A stretch of 64,000 nt of DNA, taken from contig JAPDFW010000116.1 in the NCBI GenBank assembly GCA_028826165.1, positions 113,392-177,391 of the forward strand, read 5' to 3'. Both the position numbers and the translations under genes were made by a program. Of the stretch, positions 1-12,949 are shown piece by piece (within the stretch, counting starts at the first letter, position 1; each line of letters starts with the position of its first letter). Under the pieces are notes generated by a model. That model worked only from the letters and a program-made list of their open reading frames with translations. It searched no databases and was not told the origin of the DNA. Source of the DNA: Anaeramoeba ignava BMAN. Lineage: Eukaryota; Protista; Anaeramoebae.

Positions 1-240
1 AATTTAATTTAATTTAATTTAATTTAATTACGAAATCTAAAAATTGTTTATTTAAAAAAAAAGAGAATAAAGAAATATTTTTTATTTTCGTTAGTTTTTC
101 ATTTTTTAAAAAAAGTTAAATTTGGAATTTAAATTTGTTTATGTTTTTATGTTTGTTTTTATTTTTATTTACGGAAATGTTTCTGAATTTGAATCTTTTG
201 AACCTTTTGAATCTTTTAAAATATTTGGATTATTTGACAT
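1..240 (-). CDS. 5' end of an unknown gene running off the left edge (first exon MSNNPNILKDSKGSKDSNSETFP...)
   Basis: ATG at 240 on the minus strand, open frame up to a GTAAAT donor near 172, ACTAAC-like branch site near 89-94, TTTTCATTTT motif upstream near 350. Confidence 0.45.
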
Positions 241-508
241 ATTAAAAATAATAACTAAATGTCAATTTAAAAGTTTTTTTTTTTTTATGTTGTTTTTGTT
301 TTTGTTTTTGTTTTTGTTTTTGTAAATTTTTTTAATAAAAAAAAATAATAAAAAATGAAAAAAAAAAATAAAAAAAATTTTTTTCCTTCTTTTTCTTTTG
401 TTTTTTTCTTTTGTTTTTTCTCCTTTTTATTTTTTTTTTCTCCTTTTCTTTTTTTCCTTTTTTTCCTTTTTTTTCATTTTTCATTTTTCATTTTTTTTAT
501 TTTTATAA

Positions 509-1449
509 ATGCAGAGAGATTTTGAAAGTGTTTTTGAAAAAGGAAAAAGCGATTATTTAAAAAAATATGAAGAAGATAAAAATCAAATCAAAAAAGAAGT
601 TGATGATTTATATCATAAAATAACTGATTGGTTTTTAAAAGAAGATAAAAAACAAGAAGAAAGAATTGAAAATCAAATAAATTATTTTCAAGAATTAAAT
701 CTTCAAAAAGAAGAAGCAATAAAACAAATTGGAGTAGATATAGTAAATTTAGAAAATTTCAAAGACAAAATTGAATCAATAAAACTTCAAGATAAAAAAG
801 ATGATGAAGAAATCAAATTAAAAGAGTTGAATGAATTAATTAAAGAAACAAAAGAAGAACTTGCAAAAGAGAAAAAGGAATTAAATGAAACAATAAAACA
901 AGAAAACAATTTAGATAAAGTATATGGAACTACAAAAACATCAAACAAAGATACACTTGTTTACAAAAGTGATGATTTAACCAAAAAAATTAAAAAAGAA
1001 ATTGAAACAAAAAACAAATTAAAAAAGTTTGCAATTATTCAAAATGATATTCTTATTTTTGAATACAATTCCCAAAAAAAGCAATTTATTTACAAATGTG
1101 ATGCTACTTATAATAAAAAAAAATACAAAGAAATTGTTTTAAATGAAAGACCTCAAGTTTTAGAAACTCGAATAAAAATTATTGCGAAATTTCGATCATT
1201 TTATGTAAATTTTAATTTTAATTTTAATTTTAATTTTAATTTTAATTTTAATTTTAATTTTAATTTTAATTATTTTAATTTTAATTTTAATTTTGTTTTT
1301 TTAATTTTAATTTTAATTTTAATTTTAATTTTAATTTTAATTTTAATTTTAATTTTAATTTTAATTTTAATTATTTTAATTTATTTTAAAAGGTGGATGA
1401 AGAAAATAAAACCATTTATGCTGAATGCGAAACTCTTCATACAATTTAA
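509..1449 (+). CDS. coiled-coil protein of unknown function, 2 exons (509-1204, 1393-1449)
   Basis: E/K-rich ORF; GT at 1205 and AG at 1392 bracket a (TTTTAA)n tract; spliced end VDEENKTIYAECETLHTI*. Confidence 0.65.
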
Positions 1450-1619
1450 AAAGAAAAAAAAAGAAAAAGATTTTTTAATTCCAAAAAATTTTCAATCAAA
1501 AATTTCACTTTTTTTTTTTCCTTTTATTTTTTTTTTCCTCATTTCCCAAAAAGATTTTCCAATTCAAAATGATTTTGATTTCTATTCCTTTTTAATAAAA
1601 AAAATTTCAAAAAAAAAAT

Positions 1620-4600
1620 TTAATCTAAATATTTTTTGGGAATAAATTGAATTAAAGGTGATTCATTTTCGTTTTCATTTTGATTTTGATTTTGATTTTC
1701 ATTTTGATTTTCATCTTCATTATAATCATCATTTTCATTATAATTTTCATAAAATAATAAAATATCAACAAAATCTGGAATTTTAGATCGAAGTGAATTT
1801 TCTTTATCAAATAATTCTAAAACTTCTTTAATAACTGTTCCTTCAACAAAATCATCATTAATCATTTCTCTAATAATATCTCCAAAAAATTCATATGCTT
1901 TTGGTGAATTAATTATTATATTTTTTAAATTTTTTGTTTCTTGAATTATTGCTTCTTTTGAATTAGGTTTTATTATTTCTTTTGAATCTTGAATTAGATC
2001 TAAATAATAGCTAACATAATCTGCTGATTCTTTAGAATCAAAAATGAAATCACAAATTGAACAAAAAATTTGTTGAAATGAAACTTGTTTAAGAATATTT
2101 TTGAAAAAATTTGGAGTATCTCTGTTTTTTTCTCGGAAATGTTGAATAAATTCTTTAATTTTTTGATTTGAACTTTTTTTTTTTTTTTTATAAAATTTTT
2201 TATAAATTAATTTTTAATTTAAAATCAAAATTATTAAAAAATAATAATTTACTTATTTTCTTGTTCGATTGGTTTTTCTTTCTATATTTTTCGATTTGGA
2301 TAATTAAATTTAGGTGCTAATTTTAATTTTAATTTTAATTTTAATTTTAATTTTAATTTTAATTTTAATTTTAATTTTAATTTTTTATAAATGAATTTTA
2401 ATTTTAATTTTAATTTTAATTTTAATTTTAATTTTAATTTTGGAATTTTTTTTGTTTTTGAATTTTAATAATGGTTTTGAAGTTGGAAATTTTCTATTTT
2501 GGAATATTTTTGTTTTTCTATTATAAAAATTTTTCTTTATTAAAAATTGATTATTAAAAAAATTGATTATTAAAAAAATTGATTATTAAAAAAATTGATT
2601 ATTAAATTACCATTAATCTATATCGAACTCTTGGAGTTAAACTTTCATTTTTAATCATTTCTTTAATTCTTTTTTCATAATTTCTAACAACTTTCTTCTT
2701 TTTAAATTTATTTTGGTTTGTTTTTGATTTATCAGAATTTTGATATTCACTTATTAATAATTTAGGTCCAACAGTCATTAATAATTGACATGCAGTTTCT
2801 ATTGAATCATCTTGAATATCATCAAATAATTCATCTAAACATTGATAGATAATATAAACTTTGATCATTTCTTGTCGATAAAGTTCTCCAATAAATCTTG
2901 CATTTCCAAGTGTATTTCTTCGATCTTTTCTTTTTTCTTCTTTATTTTTATCAGAAGAATCTTGTTTAAATAAAGATCTTGATTTTTCATATAAAGATCG
3001 ACATTTTCGAAGTAATTGTATTTTAAATGTTATTTGTCCTTTTTTTCTTGGATCAGGATCATCAAATGTTGTTTTTAATTCTTTATTTAAACTTGATGCA
3101 AATTTTGAATAAAGTTCTGAATAAAGTTGTTCATTTATTGCTTTCTGAAAAAATAATTCAATTATATTATTTAATTCATCTAAATTATTAATTGGAATTT
3201 TAATAAATTTCTTTAAAATTCTTTCAAAATTTTGATCAGCAAGTTTATTCAACAATCTAATTTAAATAAATAAACTTTTAAATTATTTAAGGGTTTTAAT
3301 TTATTTTTTTTATAATCTTCTTACGATCTATATTCCTTAATTTTATCATCAAGTGTTTGTGGTTCAGTTTCATCTTCTTCAAGTGTAGCTTTCCATGGAT
3401 TATCTGAATGAATAATTTCTTTAAATTTATTTCTTTCATAATAGGTTTGTCTTTTTGCAAATGAAGGTGGAATACTAAAGTTTTTTGGATGATGACTAAC
3501 ATGATTATTCATTTTCATTTTATGTTTAATTTCTTCCATTTGTTGATCTTTATATCGAATTAATCCTGGTGATTCATTTTCAATTTGATTTTCATTTTTT
3601 TGGTCATTTTCTTTTGATTCTATTTGTGAATTAATATTAATTTCTTTTTGAATTTGTTTTTTTAACTCTTCTTGAATTTGTTTTTTTAATTCTTCTTTTA
3701 ATTCTTCTTTTATTTGTTCTTTTAATTCTTCTTTTAATTCTTCTTTTAATTCTTCTTTTATTTGTTCTTTTAATTCTTCTTTTATATGTTCTTTTAATTC
3801 TTCTTTTATATTATTAGAAAGTAAATTTAATTTCTTTTTTTCGATTTGTCCGTTTTGATTTTGATTTTCATTTTCATTTTGATTTTGATTTTGATTTTGA
3901 TTTTGATTTTGATTTTTTTGAGGATTTGTAAAAAGATATTTTTAGGTTGATTTTGATTTTGATTTTGATTTTGATTTTGATTTTGATTTTGATTTTGATT
4001 TTGATTTTGATTTTGATTTTGATTTTGATTTTCATTTTCATTTTGATTTTGATTTTGATTTTGATTTTGATTTTGATTTTGATTTTTTTGAGGATTTGTA
4101 AAAAAAGATATTTTAGGTTGATTTTGATTTTGATTTTGATTTTGATTTTGATTTTGATTTTGATTTGGATTTTCATTTTTTGTAAAAAGATATTTTGATT
4201 TTGATTTTTGATTTTGATTTTGATTTTGATTTTTTTTGATTTGTAAAAAGATATTGATTTTGATTTTGATTTTGATTTTGATTTTGATTTTGATTTTGAT
4301 TTTCATTTTCATTTTCATGTTCATTTTGATTTTCATTTTCATGTTCATTTTGATTTTGATTTTGATTTTGATTTTGATTTTGATTTTGATTTTGATTTTG
4401 ATTTTGATTTTGATTTTGATTTTGATTTTCATTTTGATTTTGATTTTTATTTTCATTTTGATTTTCATATTCATTTTGATTTTGATTTTGATTTTGATTT
4501 TGATTTTGATTTTGATTTTGATTTTGATTTTTTTGAGGATTTGCAAAAAAAGATGTTTTAGGTTGATTTTGATTTTGATTTTGATTTTGATTTTGATTTT

Positions 4601-5407
4601 GATTTTGATTTTGATTTTGATTTTCATTTTCATTTTGATTTTGATTTTGATTTTGATTTTTGATTTTGATTTTGATTTTGATTTTGATTTTTTTGAGAAT
4701 TTGCAAAAAAAGATGTTTTAGGTTGATTTTGATTTTGATTTTGATTTTTTTGAGAATTTGCAAAAAAAGATGTTTTAGGTTGATTTTGATTTTGAGTTGA
4801 AAAAATGGATGTTTTAGGTTGATTTTGATTTTGATTTTGATTTTGATTTTGATTTTGATTTTGATTTTGATTTTGATTTTGATTTTTTTGAGGATTTGCA
4901 AAAAAAGATGTTTTAGGTTGATTTTTGATTTTGATTTTGATTTGAAAAAATGGATGTTTTAGGTTGATTTTGATTTTGATTTTGATCCCTTTTTGCAAAA
5001 AAAGATGAGTTAGGAGGATTATTTTGACTCAAAGAAAAATTTGCAAAAAGATTATGAGTTTGTTTTTTTGCAAATAAATCTTGAGTTTTTGAAACTTCCA
5101 TTTGTGAAGGTTGACTCATTGTTTGTTCATTTACATGTTGAGAATTTGTTCTGTTTGCGGGAGTGATTGCCCAAAAACAGGACCTCCTTGTTTTGCAAAA
5201 AATGATGTAGTTTTGTCTAATTGGTGATTGTTGTGGAAGATTCTTAAAGTTTGATGAGAAAAGTCCTGGTTTTGTATTTTGTGTTGGTGTATTTGGGTTT
5301 TTGTTTGAAAATAATGTTAATCCTGTTGTTCCATTTTGTGGTTTGTTTTGTGATGGTGAAGAATTTCCAGTTGAATGTTCAGGTCTTTTTCCCCATAAAC
5401 TTGTCAT
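1620..5407 (-). CDS. eIF4G-like protein: N-terminal NQ/Phe-motif low-complexity region, coiled coil, MIF4G domain (2602-3255) and MA3-like C-terminus; several introns and apparent frameshifts
   Basis: LNKL..NF, IFQKAI.E..YS.LY, GNARFIGELY and LTPRVRY are MIF4G motifs; IIINSPKAYEFFGDII is MA3-like; the frame runs from NQNGQIEKKKLNLL into IKEELKEH, linking the repeat region to the core. Confidence 0.7.
3850..4985. repeat. coding (AATCAA)n microsatellite (NQ repeats) punctuated by PKTSFFANPQK-type units
   Basis: GATTTT hexamer runs with recurring ttttaggttg / gaggatttg blocks. Confidence 0.9.
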
Positions 5408-5634
5408 AATTAACTAAACAAAAAAAAAATTAAAAAAAATTAAAAAATGAAAAAAAAAGGAAAAAATGAATTTTCCAATTTTTCCTTTTTTTTTTTAAAA
5501 TAATTGCAAAAAAAAAAGATTTTAAAATTGAATTTGATTTTGGTTTATTTCTTTTTAATTAGAAAAAAAAGGAAAAAGAAAAATTATGTTGTTTTTTTTG
5601 TTGATTTTGAAAAAAGAAATTAATCATTTTTGAT

Positions 5635-8600
5635 TTAAATTTTTTTGAAAAACTTATTAAAAAGCCATCTGAGTGAAATAAAAATGAAAAGAAGGAAGAT
5701 AATTGTAGTAATCAATTCTTTCCAAACGAATTTATCAGCATTTTTCATTTTCTTGATAATTGATCTTTCTTTTTTTGCAAAATGAAGAGGAAATGAATTT
5801 GGATTGATCAAATAAAGTTGAGAAACTTCTTGAAGTTGTTTAAGTTGTAAATAATTAAGAGTTTGGTCAACTTTATCAAAATATAAACCTTTGACAAATT
5901 GTTGAATAATTTTATAGCTTTTTTGAGTTATATCTTGAAAAGAATTGCTTTTAATTGATATTTGGTTATTATTATTGTTATTATTATTATTGTTATTTTC
6001 ATTTGAATTTTCATTTGAATTTTCATTTGAATTTTCTTCAATTTGATCAAAATAATCACTTCTTGCAAATAAAATCAATTTGTGAACTAAAACTTTGTTT
6101 TTTTCAACAATAATTTGAAAATCTTTAGTCGAATTATCTGAATATAATTTGGCGAAATCTTTTGAAAAATTGCTTAAATTTTGTTGATAATCACTTGAGG
6201 GTAAAGTGGTTCCAATTTCTTTTGTGATTTGAATAAGTGAACTAAGATAAAGAGGATCAAGAACTCCTGAATAAATGTATTTCATGAATTCTTTGACAAT
6301 TATTAAAGTATATTTTTTCAAAACAGAAAGTGTTTTTTCTAGTTTTTTTTCTCCAATTCTTGCTTTAAGAATCAATGAATGTGATCTTGTTGTTCCGTTT
6401 GAACAATCAATATCAATATCTGTATATGCTTGATCAGTAAATAATTCATAGAGGTCTTGGCCAAGTGGTGAATATTGTTTAATTTGCGTTCTTTTTGAAA
6501 CATTATGCAATGAATTTAATGCTTTCTTTGAATATTTTTAAATAAATTTTTTAAATAAATTTTTAAATAAATTTTTAAATAAATTTTTAAATAAATTTTT
6601 AAATAAATTTTTAAATAAATTTTTAAATAAATTTGTAAATAAATTTTTAAATAAATTTATAAATAAATTTGTAAATAAATTTTTAAATAAATTTGTAAAT
6701 AAATTTTTAAATAAATTTTTAAATAAATTTGTAAATAAATTTGTAAATAAATTTATAAATAAATTTTTAAATAAATTTTTAAATAAATTTTTAAATAAAT
6801 TTTTAAATAAATTTTTAATTTCAAACAGTTCTGATTTTTTCATCTTCTGTTGTTAAATATAAAATTCGTAAAGTATCTAATGAACAATTTTGAGTGCAAG
6901 CATATATTAATGCATGTTCATTTTGTTTCTAAAGTTTTTTATATATTTTTAAATTTAAATTTAAAATTAATTTAAAATTAAAATTAAAATTAATTCTAAA
7001 CATTAGATGATTCTAAAGGACATCCTGCAACAACTAAAGCATAAATAATTGCAGAATCAACTTGTTTTTGAATTCCAATATGTAAAGCTCGAAATCCCTT
7101 TCAAATTTCAAATTTTTAATTTTTAATTTTTAATCTTTAATTTTTAATTTTTTAATTTTTAATTTTTAATCTTTAATCTTTCATCTTTAATTTCAAATTT
7201 TTAATTTTTAATTTTTAATATTTTTAATTTTTAATTTTGAAAACAAAATACAAAAATAATTTCAAATATTTTTTTTAATATTTAATTTTAATTTCTTAAA
7301 AATTTTTAATTTTTAATATTTACAACCTAATTTTGAAAACAAAAATACAAAAATAAATAGCATTTCTTAAAAAAATTTCTTATCAAAAATAGCAAACATT
7401 CTAATTTTAAAAAAATAAACAAATTTTAAAATGAAAATTAATAATAAAAATAAAAATAATAATTATTAACATTTTTCGAATAAACATTTGCTCCTTGTTC
7501 AATTAAATAATTAACAATTTCTATTTTTCCTGAAATTACTGCATTATGTAATGGTGTATATCCCTAAATTTCAATTAAAAAAACAAGAAATGAAATTAAA
7601 AACAATTTTTTTTAAAAGAAAAATTTAAATCAATTTTACTTCCTGAAAAAAATATAAATAATTAAATTGAAAATTAAATTAAAATTAAAATTAAAAATTA
7701 CTTTCTAAAAATTAAAACAAAGTTAAAAATTAATTTTTTTTTGTAACAAAATAAATATATAAATATATATAAATATATATAAATTATTTTTCAAACATTT
7801 TTCAAATTTATTTTTGCTCCATTTTCAATAAGAAGTTTTATAACTTGTACATCTGCTCCATGTAAACATGCAAAATGTAAAGGTGAATTTAACTGAATAA
7901 ATAGAAATTTAAAATTAAAAAGAAACTAAAAAGAAACCTTTTTTTTTCGTTAAACAATTTTTACATTCTTTTTTCAAAATGAAAAAAATATAAGAAGATT
8001 TTTTGTTTAATTAAAAAATTTTTACATTCTAATAAAATTAAAATAAATTTAAAATAAATTGAATGAAAATCAAATTATATTTTGAAAAAATTTTACATCA
8101 ACAATTCTTGGATCAGCAGAACCTTCAATTAATACTTGAAAACTTTCTAATGAAACTAAACTAGTGCAAGCTTTATGAAGAGAAGTTTGATTCTTTAAAG
8201 AAAATAATTTTTTTATAAATTTTTCCAATTAAAATTAAAATAACAAATTTTACTGACTAAAGAATATCAAAAAGAAAAATATAAATTTCCATTTTGAAAA
8301 AAAAGAATGATTTAAATTACTGACTAAAAAATTAAAATTAAAATTAAAATTAAAATTAAAATTAAAATTAAAATTAAAATTAAAATTAAAATTAAAATTA
8401 AAAATTAAAATTAAAATTAAAATTAAAATTAAAATTAAAATTAAAATTAAAATTAAAATTAAAAATAAAATTAAAATTATTTTTGTTTTCAAACATCTGG
8501 TTCATTTGGATTTGAACCTAATGTAATCATCATAATTAATGCTTCTGGTGTTGGTTTATTTTTACATAAAATATGAAGAGGGATTTCTTGCTATTAATTA

Positions 8601-9551
8601 TTAATTAATTATTTTTTTTAAAAACAGAAAAAAAGTTTAAAAAATTTGAAAGAATAAAATCAAAAAATACATTCTAAATAAATTAATAAATAAAACAATT
8701 AATATAAGAAATAGAAAAAGAAAACGATTAATTAATAAAGATTACATACTAAAATTTATTTATAATTTTAATAATAAATTTATTTACAATTTTAATAATA
8801 AATTTATTTATAATTTTAATAATAAATTTATTTATAATTTTAATAATAAATTTATTTATAATTTTAATAATAAATTTATTTATAATTTTAATAATAAATT
8901 TATTTATAATTTTTAATAATAAATAAATTTATTTATAATTTTAATAATAAATTTATTTATAATTTTAATAATAAATTTATTTATAATTTTTAATAATAAA
9001 TTTATTTACAATTTTAATAATAAATTTATTTTATTTTAATAATAAATTTATTTACAATTTTAATAATAAATTTATTTTTTTAATAATAAATTTATTTACA
9101 ATTTTAATAATAAATTTATTTATAATTTTAATAATAAATTTATTTATAATTTTAATAATAAATTTATTTATAATTTTAATAATAAATTTATTTACAATTT
9201 TAATAATAAATTTATTTACAATTTTAATAATAAATTTATTTATAATTTTAATAATAAATTTATTTACATTTTTTAAAACAACATCAGAACCGGCAAAAAT
9301 AAGTGCACGTAAAATTTCAGGAAGAATATTTTGAACTGAACAAGCATAATGAAGTATGGTTTCATTCTTAATAAAAAATAAAGTAATTAAGAAAACACGT
9401 TTTTTTTTATTATTTAATTTTGATTTTAATTTTAATTTTAATTTTAATTTTGATTTTTTACTCCAGAATTTGATAAATCAAGTTTTTCTTTTAAAATTTG
9501 TTCAACTTTAAATAAATCATTTAAAGCAACTGCTTCTCTTAATCTTTGCAT
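5635..9551 (-). CDS. ankyrin-repeat + tandem BTB/POZ protein with a C-terminal TM helix, multi-exon
   Basis: Short exons with ankyrin motifs (ETILHYAC, EIPLHIL, TSLHKAC, SPLHFAC, YTPLHNA); last exon has two BTB domains (YTDIDI..HSLILKAR, KDFQI..VHKLILFARSDYF) and a hydrophobic tail. Confidence 0.8.
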
Positions 9552-9670
9552 GATAAAAATAGAAAAAAGTAAAAAGAAAAAAAAGAAAAAAAATGATTTC
9601 AAAAAAAAAAAAGAAAAAATCTTTATTTTCAATTTTCGTTTTTCTCATTTTATTTTTTCATTAAAATTCA

Positions 9671-10423
9671 ATGGAGAATTTAGATAAAACCCAAATGGAG
9701 TTTATGAATGATGAATACTGCATTGTTGTGGATTTAAATGATAAACCACAACGTTCTGAAACTAAAATCAAATGTAAAAAAAATTTGATCTAAAAATAAA
9801 AAAAAAAATCTTAAAAAAAAATCTTAAAAAAAAAAATCAAAAATATTCGGAATGAAAATAATTGAAATAAAGGCCATCAAGAAAATATTCTTCACAGAGC
9901 TTTCAGTGTTTTTATTTTCAACACAAAGAATGAATTATTACTTCAAAAACGTTCAGAAAATAAAATAACATTTCCCAATGTTTGGACTAATACATGTTGC
10001 TCTCATCCTTTATATAATCAACAAGAACTCCAAGAGAAAAATCAAGAAGGAGTTAAAAGAGCAGCAATTAGAAAGCTAGAGCATGAATTAGGAATTCATA
10101 ATGAAGTAAAATGGGAAGAAATTATTTTCATAACACGCATTTATTACGAAGCAAAATTTGATGATAAATGGGGAGAACATGAAATTGATTATATTCTTTT
10201 GATTCATAAAGATGTGAATGTTCAGATTAACTACAACGAAGTGTCAGAGATTAAATATGTGAATGAGGATGAGTTGAAAAAAATTATTGAAGAAGGAAAT
10301 GTTTCACCTTGGTTTAAATTAATTTCAGAAAAATTTTTGTTTGATTTATGGGAAAAATTAAAAGAAAAAGATTATGATTTTAATAAAGGAAATGATTTTT
10401 CAAAAATTATTCATTTAAAATAA
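9671..10423 (+). CDS. IDI1: isopentenyl-diphosphate delta-isomerase type 1 (intron 9774-9872)
   Basis: LHRAFSVFIFN, LLLQKRS..KITFP.VWTNTCCSHP, AAIRKLEHELGI, WGEHEIDYIL motifs. Confidence 0.95.
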
Positions 10424-10812
10424 AACTAAATTTTTATCCAATTTTTAATTTTTGATTTTAATTTTAATTTTAATTTTAATTTTGATTTTAAATTTTAATT
10501 TTTGATTTTGATTTTTAATTTTGATTTTGAATTGATTTTAATTTTTGATTTTAATTTTTGATTTTAATTTTTAATTTTGAATTGATTTTGATTTTGATTT
10601 TAATTTTAATTTTAATTTTAAATTGATTTTAAATTGATTTTGAATTGAGAATGGTTTTATTTCATTTGAACTAAATTTGGATTGAATTTTGAAAAAGAAA
10701 AAGATCAAAAAAAGTCAAAATGAAGAATGAAAATGAATGAAAATGAAAGTGAAAAAGAAAATGAAAATGAGAATGAAAATCAAAATGAAAATGAGAATGA
10801 AAATCAAAATGA

Positions 10813-12809
10813 TTAGATTTTCTTTGTAGCAAAGAACCAATCTTTTGCATCAACTGATTTTTGATGAGTTCTGACTTCAGCCATTTCAACTGTGTTTGGA
10901 GGAGGAACAATAACATCTTCACCTGGTTTCCAATTTGCTGGAGTTGCAACTTTGTTTTTGTCTGATGTTTGCATTGCAACAAGAAGTCTCATGATTTCAT
11001 CCATGTTTCTTCCATTAGAAAGTGGATAGTAAATAATTGCTCGAATAATTGCTTGTGGATCAATTATGAATACTGCTCGAACAGTTTGTGTTTTACTTGT
11101 GGATTGATGAAGCATTCCAAATTTCTTAGCAACATTCATATCTGAATCACTTTTTAATTTTTTATCCGATTTTAATTTTAATTTTAATTTTAATTTTAAA
11201 TTGAATTTTAATTTTAATTTTAATTTTAATATTAATTTTGATTTTAATTTTAATTTTGATTTTAATTTAAATTTTAATTTAAATTTTAATTTTAATATTA
11301 ATTTTAATTTTAATTTTAATTTTAATTTTAATTTTAATTTTAATTTTAATTTTAATTTTAATTTTAATTTTAATTTTAATTTTAATTTTAATTTTAATTT
11401 TAATTTTAATTTTAATTTTAATTTTAATTTTAATTTTAATTTTAATTTTAATTTTTAATTTTAATTTTAATTTTTAATTTTAATTTTAATTTTAATTTTA
11501 ATTTTAATTTTAATTTTAATTTTAATTTTAATTTTAATTTTAATTTTAATTTTAATTTTAATTTTAATTTTGATTTTAATTTTGATTTTGATTTTGGATT
11601 TTGATTTTAGTTTTAATTTTAATTTTAATTTTAATTTTAATTTTAATTTTAATTTTAATTTTAATTTTAATTTTAATTTTAATTTTAATTTTAATTTTAA
11701 TTTTAATTTTTAAATTTAATTTTAAATTTACGCAATAACAGGGAATGTGATTTGAACTTTTTCCATATCTTTATATTTAATCTTTTCTTCAATAGTTCTA
11801 ACCCATGCAATATGACTGAAATTACTATCAATACTTAATCCAATTAATTCACAATTAAGTTTTTGGAAATCTTTATGCATAGTAGCAAAAGTCATAAATT
11901 CAGTTGTGCAAACAGGTGTAAAATCTATTTAATTTTATTTTTGATTTTAAATTGATTTTGATTTTAATTTTAATTTTAATTTTAATTTTAATTTTGATTT
12001 TGATTTTGATTTTGATTTTAATTTTAATTTTAATTTTAATTTTGATTTTAATTTTGATTTTGATTTTAATTTTAATTTTAATTTTAATTTTAATTTTAAT
12101 TTTAATTTTAATTTTAAATTTTAATTTTAATTTTAATTTTAATTTTAATTTTAATTTTAATTTTAATTTTAATTTTAATTTTAATTTTAATTTTAATTTT
12201 AATTTTAATTTTAATTTTAATTTTAATTTTAATTTTAATTTTAATTTTAATTTTGATTTTAATTTTAATTTTAATTTTGATTTTAATTTTAATTTTAATT
12301 TTAATTTTAATTTTGATTTTAATTTTAATTTTAATTTTAATTTTGATTTTGATTTTGATTTTGATTTTGAATTTAATTTTAAATTTAATTTTGATTTAAT
12401 TTTGATTATTAAATTGAATTTTAATTTTAATTTTGATTTTAATTTTAATTTTAAATATAATTTTATTTTAATTGTTGTAAAGGAGAATAAAAGTTGTAAA
12501 AAAATTAAATTAAATTACCTCCAGGATGTGAAAACAAAATAACCCATTTTCCTGAAAAATGTTGTGGAAATTTAATTGGTCCCATTGTAGTTTCTGCTTC
12601 AAATTCAGGTGATTTATCTCCAATTAAAGGCATTGCATTAATTTCATCTTTTAGTTTTTGTTTAAATTAAAAAATCCAAAAAAAAAGCAAAAAAAAATTT
12701 TAATTTTAATTTTAATTTTAATTTTAATTTTAATTGTGTGTGTTTTTTGTTTACCAAGTTTCTTTTTTAAATCACAAATTTCTTTCAATAATGAATCGTG
12801 ATCAGCCAT
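10813..12809 (-). CDS. peroxiredoxin, Prx6/prokaryote-like subfamily, 4 exons
   Basis: Spliced product includes [84 protein letters not shown]. Confidence 0.92.
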
Positions 12810-12949
12810 TTTATAATTAAAAATTGATTTGGAAAAAAATGAAAAAAAAAAATGAAGTGTTTTTTTTGTTTATTAAAAATAAAAAAGCAAATTTAAATAA
12901 AAAAAAAAGAAATTTGAAATGAATTTAAACTCTTTATAAAATGAGAGGA

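Noticed and set aside
11160-11720. (TTTTAA)n as telomeric repeat
   Set aside because: Internal, intronic, present in both orientations and lacking a G-rich strand
11201-12542. ORFs of poly-NF, poly-IL, poly-KI or LFKN (also 3947-4721, 6538-6843, 21151-21618, 43882-44564, 56839-57072)
   Set aside because: Translations of stop-free microsatellite frames in introns or antisense to real genes
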